Below, piece by piece: positions 54,161-64,000 of a stretch of DNA of 64,000 nt (the first letter of the stretch is position 1; each line of letters starts with the position of its first letter). Made by a program: the position numbers and the translations under genes. The stretch spans positions 22,320,001-22,384,000 of the forward strand of contig OX597822.1 in the NCBI GenBank assembly GCA_951406725.2, in the 5' to 3' direction. This stretch comes from Octopus vulgaris. Its lineage: Eukaryota. The notes beneath the pieces were generated by a model that saw only the letters and a list, made by a program, of their open reading frames with translations, made no database searches and was not told the origin of the DNA.

Positions 54161-56024
54161 TATATATATATTCTTACATATATATATGTAGTTGAATTTC
54201 CTATTATCAAAATTTAGTTGTCATCATTATGATGTCTTTATGGCTGATTTGAAGGAGACTTGGCTGCTATTTTAAACAACTTGAGTAATTACATAAAAAC
54301 TCACATTTGAGAATATGTGTGTGTATGTTAGTAATACTTATAGAAGATAATGAATGTCAAAAGGTATGTTTTTATGATAATTTTGCCTGCAATATTAATG
54401 TGACATTTCAGCTAAAATTTCATTATAGATATTTTAACCAAAGCTTCCTTATCAATAATAACAAAGTAGTAAATGATAAGTTACGTTGAAATATTTTTCT
54501 TCACAATAAAGAATGTTTCATGACTTTTTGAAAACTTCACAGTTGTTGGATAACAATAAATATTTCAGTAGAAAATATTATATTTATCTTGCAAGCACAA
54601 AATTTACTGTTTTACTGACTGAAAATTTTTGTAAGATAGTTTAGCTACCTTAAAAAATAAATAGTTCCTTTACAAGCACATGCCACTCTTCTATAAATTG
54701 AAGGCTCTAGTAAATCTGTTGCCATTTTCATTACTTTTCTCTTTCTTCTTCCAACCTCTCATGTTCCCTGAAAATAAAAAAATACAATGAACTTGACCAA
54801 AAATAAAACACAGATATATTTTCCTTATGCTGCATATATAAATTCACTCTTTTATAGTTTCATTTCTATCTTTTTATCCACCCATCTTCTCCCCTATTGG
54901 AAGGGTCATGGAAGCAGAGTATTCAGGCACCTCCTCCATAGAGTCCTATTAGAAGCAACTATCATTAAACTTTCCAGCTGGATTCCCAAGCATGACCAAC
55001 TGAGGCTATGGATACTATCCAACCACCTCATTCTTGGTGCACCCATAGCTCCCCTACTGGTCAGATTGGCAGGAAGAATCTATCTTGTGATTCTTTCCAG
55101 CAACGTTCTAATCACATGTCATTTGTATAAGAGCTCTGATCTCTCAGTGTGAAGAAGCAGTGACTCAAACTGCAGAGACTCACTGATCTTCAAGCTATGC
55201 AGCTTGTTGAATAACATTACACCAGAGACCTTTTTGAGGAAACCCATTTCATTTCTACAAGCAGCAAATTAACAGAGTCATTAGAGTGTTGAAATGAATG
55301 CCATACAGTTTTTGTTCTCATTCACAGCCCCCTGAGTTCAAACCCCACCTAGGTCAATTATTAGGTTTTGCTTTTCATTCCATCAGGATCAATAACAATG
55401 TATTAATCCAAGGTGATGGATTGGTGGAACTGAAAGCGTGATGGGCCAAATGCTTTATACTATTTGTTCCATTTCTTCACCTTCTGAGTTCAAATTGTGC
55501 CATGTTTTATTTGGGCTGTAGACTTGACACATTGCCCAATCTAACGCCATCATCTGGCAGCGTGGGTGCTAGTTGTTATGGGTATTGTCTTCTCTCTTAA
55601 AAGATAAAAGATGGAAACGACAAATAACCAGAAATTCATCTGAATGTGTGATGAGTGGACAGATGGACCAAGAAGCATGGCTCTTATTACAATGAAAATT
55701 ATAAATGTGAATGTATAACATCGACACCTTTTATCTTTTCCTTGTTTCATTCATTTCACTATGACCATGCACCACTTTGAAGAGTTTTAGTAGAACAAAT
55801 AAACACCATGACTTATTTTTTTAAGCCTAGTATTTATACTATCAGTTCCTTTTGCGAAATTGCTGAGTTACAAGAACATAAATACACCAGCACTGGTTGT
55901 CAAAGGGTGGTGGAAGCATATCTATATATATATATATATGTATTTGTATATATATATGTATATATATATATATGTGTATGTATATATATATGTATATATA
56001 TGTATATATATATATATATATATA

Positions 56025-56799
56025 TTTTTTATTTTTATTTTATCTAGTTTCAGCTCACGAGCTGTGGCCATGCTGGGGCACCGCCATTCGGTGTTGCTAC
56101 ATGATTTTACCTCACGAATGCTTTTTAGCAATTGCCCTCATTTGCACCTCCTGCCGTGAAGTTGGTTCATCTGGGACAACTGACAGGAAGAGATCCAGTT
56201 TTATTTTAAAGACATCTGCATCCACCCCATGCAGGTGTCTCAGATCCTTCAGGAGGATACTGAAGAGCTGTGAACCTCTGAAGCCCAGGCTATCACAGTA
56301 TCTTGTCCTACATCTTGATGGCAAATTTGGAGTCCTTGGCACTATGCAGTGGCGCCCAGTTCTAGTTTCTCGATGCCAAAGTTTGGGACAAGTCCTTCCA
56401 GGATCTTCCAGATGTATATTATGGCATATCTTTCTCGCCTACGCTCTAAGGAATAGAGTCTTAATCTCTTTAGTCTTTCCCAATAGCTTATAGGCTGCAC
56501 AGAGGTTATCTTCTTCGTGTAGCTTTGCTGGATTGCCTCAAGTTCTGTGATTGATTTGACACTGGATGGTGACCATAGCTGAGAGCAATAGTCAAAGTGG
56601 TTTAAGACAAGTGTCCTCCCGAGGACCATCATGGTTTCCTGGTCTCTTGTTCTAAAGGCTCTAAGAATCCCTCCGGTCAGCCGCCTACATTTCATTGCCA
56701 ATTTAGTAACATGCACATGAAAGGTTGCATCATTACTCATGTAAATACCCAGGTCTTGCACTGATTGTGCCTCTGGGATTGCAATCCCTCCAGGTTCAG

Positions 56800-56800
<1 letters not shown>
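56025..56800 (-). mobile_element. CR1-clade LINE 3' fragment
   Basis: [16 protein letters not shown] and [19 protein letters not shown] motifs; (AAAAT)n-like tail. Confidence 0.88.
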
Positions 56801-58450
<1,650 letters not shown>

Positions 58451-58451
58451 T

Positions 58452-59140
58452 ACTTTGATGCTTTGATACTTTGATAGGTTTCGGCCATTATTGGCCCAGG
58501 CCATGTCTAACTTAATAGCACCACCTGGTGAAGTCTTTCAAGTCAGAATTTGGGCACTATGGCCCACTCAAGTAGAGAGTTATTGTTTACAGAGACATAT
58601 CCGGGTGTAGGGGGTTTATCCGGGATTTCTTGAAGGAATCTGTCCAAAGACTTTTTGAACCCTATAGGGTCAGTTTCTGTTTTAATGTGTTTTGGTGTAA
58701 TGTTAAAGAGAGCGGGGCCAATTGAGGTGAAATAATTGTGCCGTATTGTTGTTATGAGATGAGAGTGCGATTTTTGTTTTGGACGGATGGCACGGGGCCC
58801 AAGCCTTGGATGTACCTTAAAGGTGATGCCAACATCATTTGGGCAATGCTGATGGAATATTTTCCACATCATGCAGATGATGTAGCGCTCACGGCGACGT
58901 TGGAGAGAATAAAGTTTTAGCTTTTCTAGTCGACCCCAATAGTTGAGGCCTGTCATGCCATCTATCTTTTTTGTGATTGCCCTTTGAGGTGCTTCAACTT
59001 TTATGATACTTTGTTTTGTGTGGGGAGACCACAGTGGACAACAGTATTCAAGGTGGGGTCGGGCAAAAGTGGAGAAGAGAAGGATAATGGTGTGGATATC
59101 TCTCGACTGGAAAGTTCTGAGAATCCAGGAACACATTCTC
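58452..59140 (-). mobile_element. CR1-clade LINE 3' fragment (open 197-aa C-terminus)
   Basis: RPHLEYCCPLWSPH, LYSLQRRRERY and FKKSLDRFL..IPD.P motifs; (GTATCAAA)-like tail. Confidence 0.9.
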
Positions 59141-59344
59141 TCTAAGTCTCTCTAAAAGAGAACAGCGGCAGCATTCCCGGAAAATAATAGTTATCGCCAT
59201 ACTAATATGGCATTCTTATAAAAATAAGAAAAAAGCTGTCCGCTTATTAGCTCCATGAGGCCATCGCCTTAAGTTAGCTATTTGATACACAAACTGTATC
59301 CATATAACCTTCGAACAAGGGAGGTCAGTTGCTCCACACTACTT

Positions 59345-59404
59345 GACCGGCAGCTACAGACGCGTTTCGGAGTATTGCCCCTTTTCAATGCAGCGTAGCC
59401 AGCC
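59345..59404 (-). ncRNA. Minimal type-I hammerhead ribozyme
   Basis: Reverse complement of the motif at 59884-59943; loop II is CAAUA instead of AAAUA. Confidence 0.78.
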
Positions 59405-59883
59405 AGTAGGTGTCGCTTCCGACAATCTCTGTTCGATGGTTTTATTTACCTAGTTTCGGTGGAATACATCCACTTGTTTTCAATAATAGAAATATTAAAA
59501 TAACTAAGTCTCTCTAAAAGAGAACAGCGGCAGCGTTCCCGGAAAATAATAGTTATCGCCATACTAATATGGCATTCTTATAAAAATAAGAAAAAAGCTG
59601 TCCGCTTATTAGCTCCATGAGGCCATCGCCTTAAGTTAGCTATTTGATACACAAACTGTATCCATATAACCTTCGAACAAGGGAGGTCAGTCGCTCCACA
59701 CTACTTATAAGAATGCCATATTAGTATGGCGATAACTATTATTTTCCGGGAACGCTGCCGCTGTTCTCTTTTAGAGAGACTTAGTTATTTTAATATTTCT
59801 ATTATTGAAAACAAGTGGATGTATTCCACCGAAACTAGGTAAATAAAACCATCGAACAGAGATTGTCGGAAGCGACACCTACT

Positions 59884-59943
59884 GGCTGGCTACGCTGCAT
59901 TGAAAAGGGGAAATACTCCGAAACGCGTCTGTAGCTGCCGGTC
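59884..59943 (+). ncRNA. Minimal type-I hammerhead ribozyme
   Basis: Stem I GCUGCA/UGUAGC, core UUGAAAA (59900-59906), stem II GGGG-AAAUA-CUCC, GAAA, palindromic CGCG loop, GUC site (predicted cleavage after 59929). Confidence 0.78.
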
Positions 59944-60459
59944 AAGTAGTGTGGAGCGACTGACCTCCCTTGTTCGAAGGTTATATGGATACAGTTTGTG
60001 TATCAAATAGCTAACTTAAGGCGATGGCCTCATGGAGCTAATAAGCGGACAGCTTTTTTCTTATTTTTATAAGAATGCCATATTAGTATGGCGATAACTA
60101 TTATTATCTATATATATATATACATATATATATATGTATATATATATGTATATATATATGTGTATATATATGTGTATATATATATGTGTATATATATATG
60201 TGTATATATATATGTGTATATATATATGTATATATATATGTGTATATATATGTATGTGTATATATATGCATGTATATATATATATGCATGTATATATATA
60301 TGCATGTATATATATATATGTATGAATATATATATGTATATATATGTATGTATATATATATATATGTATGTATATATATATGTATATATATGTATATATA
60401 TGTATGTATATATATATATGTATGTATATACATATGTATATATATACAAACACATATAT

Positions 60460-60734
60460 ATCATCATCATCATTTAACGTCCGCTTTCCATGCTAGCATG
60501 GGTTGGACGGTTCAACTGGGGTCTGGCAAGCCCGAAGGCTGCACCAGGCCAGTCAGATCTGGCAGTGTTTCTACAGCTGGATGCCCTTCCTAACGCCAAC
60601 CACTCCGAGAGTGTAGTGGGTGATTTTATGTGCCACCGACACAGGTGCCAGACGAGGCTGGCAGACGGCCACGCTCGGATGGTGTTTTTTTATGTGCCAC
60701 CGACACAGGTGCCAGACGAGGCTGGCTGACGGCC
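60460..60734 (-). mobile_element. Duplicate RTE 3' terminus
   Basis: Essentially identical to ~60890-61165. Confidence 0.92.
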
Positions 60735-60742
60735 TATATATG

Positions 60743-60778
<36 letters not shown>

Positions 60779-60802
60779 TGTATGTATACATATATGTATA
60801 TG

Positions 60803-60849
<47 letters not shown>

Positions 60850-60888
60850 GTGTGTGTGTGTGTATATATATATGTATTTATATATATG

Positions 60889-63800
60889 TATCATCATCAT
60901 CATCATCATCGTTTAACGTCCGCTTTCCATGCTAGCATGGGTTGGACGGTTCAACTGGGGTCTGGCAAGCCCGAAGGCTGCACCAGGCCAGTCAGATCTG
61001 GCAGTGTTTCTACAGCTGGATGCCCTTCCTAACGCCAACCACTCCGAGAGTGTAGTGGGTGATTTTATGTGCCACCGACACAGGTGCCAGACGAGGCTGG
61101 CAGACGGCCACGCTCGGATGGTGTTTTTTATGTGCCACCAACACAGGTGCCAGACGAGGCTGGCTGATGGCCACGCTCGGATGGTGTTTTCTTATGTGTC
61201 ACCGACACAGGTGCCAGACGGGGCTGGTGGACGGCCACACTCGGATGGTGTTTGTTACGTGCCTTCAGCACGGAGGCCAGTCGTTGCGGTACTGGCTACG
61301 ATCACGTTCGGATGGTTTTCTTATGTGCCACCGGCACTGGTACCACAAGGATACAAATTCCATTGATGTTCATCTATTTTGATTTGGTTCGATTTGATTT
61401 GATTTGATTCGATTTGATTCTCACTTGCCTCAACAGGTCTTCACAAGTGTCACAAGAAGGAAGGTATGCACAGGTGGACTGACTACGTCCCAGGTAGGGG
61501 CCACGGATTATGGCTTCACTAGTCTTGCCGGGTCTTCTCACGCACAGCATACTTCCATAGGTCTCGGTCTCTAGTCATTTCCATGGTGAGACCTAACGTC
61601 CGAAGGTCGTGCTTCACCACTTCGTCCCAGGTTTTCCTGGGTCTACCTCTTCCACGGGTTCCCTCAACTGCTAGGGATTGGCACTTTCTCACACACCTAT
61701 CTTCATCCATTCTCGCCACATGACCATACCAGCGCAATCGTCTCTCTTGCACACAACAACTGATGCTTCTTAGGTACAACATTTCTCTCAAGGTACTAAC
61801 GCTCTGTCGAGTAAGTACACTGACATTACACATCCATCGGAGCATACTGGCTTCGTTCCTCACAAGCTTACGCATGTCCTCAGCAGTCACGGCCCATGTT
61901 TCACTGCCATGTAGCATAGCTGTTCGTACACATGCATCATACAGTCTGCCTTTTACTCTGAGCGAGAGGCCTTTAGTCACCAGCAGAGGTAAGAGCTCCC
62001 TAAACTTTGCCCAGGCTATTATTATTCTAGCAGTTACACTTTCAGCGCACCCGCCCCCACTACTGACTTGGTCACCTAGATAGCGGAAGCTATCAACTAC
62101 TTCTAGTTTTTCCCCCGGAAAGTGACGGAAGTTGTTTTCTGCAGATTTTCGGAGGTCAATGCTCCAGAGCATCTGCCACATACAAAAACTATCTTCCCAG
62201 TTAGCCTACCTTTGGCATTGCTGCACCTCTTATGTGTCCATAGCTTACACTGGGTACATCTTATAGAGTTTCTACCTACACCTTTTCTACAGATCGAGCA
62301 GGGCCATCTTCCTGAGGATATTTGTGGATTTTCTAACTTTCTACTTATTAGTACTTTGGTTTTAGCTAGGTTGACTCTAAGGCCCCTCGATTCTAAACCC
62401 TCCTTCCACACCTGGAACTTCTCCTCCAGTTCTGATAGTGACTCAGCGATTAGAGCGAGGTCGTCAGCATAGAGGAGCTCCCAGGGGCAACCTGTCTTGA
62501 ATTCCTCCACAATTGCCTGGAGGACTATGATAAATAGGAGGGAGCTGAGTACTGAACCCTGGTGGACCCCAACCTCTACCTTGAATTCTTCTGTGTACAT
62601 GCTGCCAACTCTAACCTTACTTACGGCATCTCTGTACATGGCTTGCACAGCCCTCACCAGCCATTCATCTATCCCTAGTTTCCTCATTGACCACCAGATG
62701 AGGGATCGGGGAACCCTATCAAAGGCTTTCTCCATGTCAACGAAAGCCAGGTACAGGGGCTTATCTTTGGCTAGGTATTTCTCCTGCAGCTGCCTTACCA
62801 GGAATATAGCATCAGTGGTGCTTTTCCCTGGGACAAACCCAAACTGCATCTCATCTAAACTAACTCTCTCTCTAATTAGTTGGGCTATGACCCTCTCCGT
62901 AACCTTCATTACCTGATCCAACAGCTTGATACCTCTGTAATTATTTGTATCCAGGGCATCACCTTTACCTTTGTAGCAGTTGACCAGTATGCTGCTACAC
63001 CAGTCATTGGGTATGACTCCTTCGTGTATCACCTGGTTGACTATACGGGTGACTAGGTTATAGCCGACACTGCCAGATATTTTGAGCATCTCTGCAGTAA
63101 TTCCTGATGGGCCTGGGGCTTTCCCTGTCTTCATGCTTCTAATTGCCTTAGCTACCACGGAACTATCAACTCGGATAGCTGGTCCCTCTGTTGGGTCAAC
63201 ATTCGGCAGACTCTCTTTATCCCATTCATTTTCTTTATTCAGCAACCTTTCATAGTGGCATCTCCAAACCTCTCTCTTTGCATCCTCATTTAGCGCAAGT
63301 GAACCATCATCCATGCGAACAAACTTCTCTCCTACCACATCACGATTCTCTCTCACACACTGTCTTGCAACACGAAATACCTCAAGTCTTTCATCCTCAC
63401 AGCTCAGAACATTGGCAAATTTTTTCTTATCCACTTCCCCTCTAGCTAAATAAACCTGTCTCCTAGCTTCCCTTTTGGCTGTCTGATACAATTCCCTGCT
63501 ACCACCGTTCTTCCAGTCCTTCCAAGCCTGTCTCTTTTGTCTAATAGCCCTGTCAACCACAGTGTTCCACCACCATGTTACTCTGGGTCGAGATGGTACT
63601 TTGCTCCATCCACAGATCTGGTCAGTGGCTGTCAGCAGATTGTCCCGTAGGAATCTCCAGTTGTCTTCCACATTAAGTGAAGCTATATCCCCTTCTATTT
63701 CGTCAGAGGCTTCGAGTAGTATGTCTCTAAATCTCTGTCCATTTGCAGGATCTTTAAGCTTCCAGACCCTTCTCCTCCAAGCTGGTCTTCTTCTGGGCAA

Positions 63801-64000
63801 CCATTTAGCTCTGATCCTGAAGTCGCTAACTACTAATCTATGTTGGGGAGTACATTCTTCGCCTGGGAAGGTTTTGGCATTTATAATCAGCCCTCTTTCC
63901 CTTTTTCTGGCAAGGATGTAGTCAATCTGGCTGGTGTGTCTGCCAGAACGGTAGGTGACTAGGTGAGAGGTGGGTTTCCTGAAGTGGGTATTGCAGACCA
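60889..64000 (-). mobile_element. Young RTE-clade LINE, continuing beyond the window edge
   Basis: Endonuclease C-terminus, RT, 3' UTR with subrepeats and (GAT)n tail. Confidence 0.96.
61519..63998 (-). CDS. RTE endonuclease/reverse transcriptase (5'-partial; one apparent frameshift at ~62112-62116)
   Basis: Frame is open from the window edge (SQIDY..QHRLV) through NYRGIKLL, QFGF, HQGS and LLYADD; continues in ORF 61519-62181 (FRYLG, LRWYGHV, RGRPRKTW). Confidence 0.93.

Larger units (their letters stand above)
59142..60105. mobile_element. Non-coding hammerhead-bearing repeat, 362-bp unit (retrozyme/Penelope pLTR-like): 1.56 units on - joined to 1.1 units on +
   Basis: CTAAGTCTCTCTAAAAGAG at 59142 and 59504; inversion junction at 59705-59706; TTATAAGAATGCC at 59705 and 60067; only about 3 differences seen among copies. 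Confidence 0.85.

Noticed and set aside
61763-63921. Plus-strand ORFs overlapping the RTE
   Set aside because: Antisense shadows of the RT ORF with no recognisable motifs.

Overview
AT-rich, repeat-saturated animal genomic DNA. The mix of RTE LINEs with (GAT)n tails, tRNA-derived SINEs with internal microsatellites and dense (TA)n/(CA)n/(CATAT)n tracts suggests an octopus (coleoid cephalopod) genome; this is inference. Most listed ORFs are microsatellite artefacts or transposon debris. Recognisable content: a decayed Ty3/Gypsy element with a 5-bp TSD (20.9-25.8 kb), nested DD37D transposons, a mariner, hAT- and piggyBac-like MITEs, CR1, Dong/R4 and Penelope fragments, many SINEs, a near-intact RTE LINE running off the right edge, and one probable 56-nt host exon resembling an M1 aminopeptidase. 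Most interesting: (i) a young non-coding 362-bp tandem-plus-inverted repeat carrying minimal hammerhead ribozymes with a U3-A8 core variant (59.1-60.1 kb; retrozyme/Penelope-pLTR-like); (ii) a copy of the Gypsy element's own leader followed by TTAGGG repeats inserted into its pol gene; (iii) a PHD-type finger inside the RTE reverse transcriptase. Everything was read by eye; boundaries of degraded repeats are approximate.
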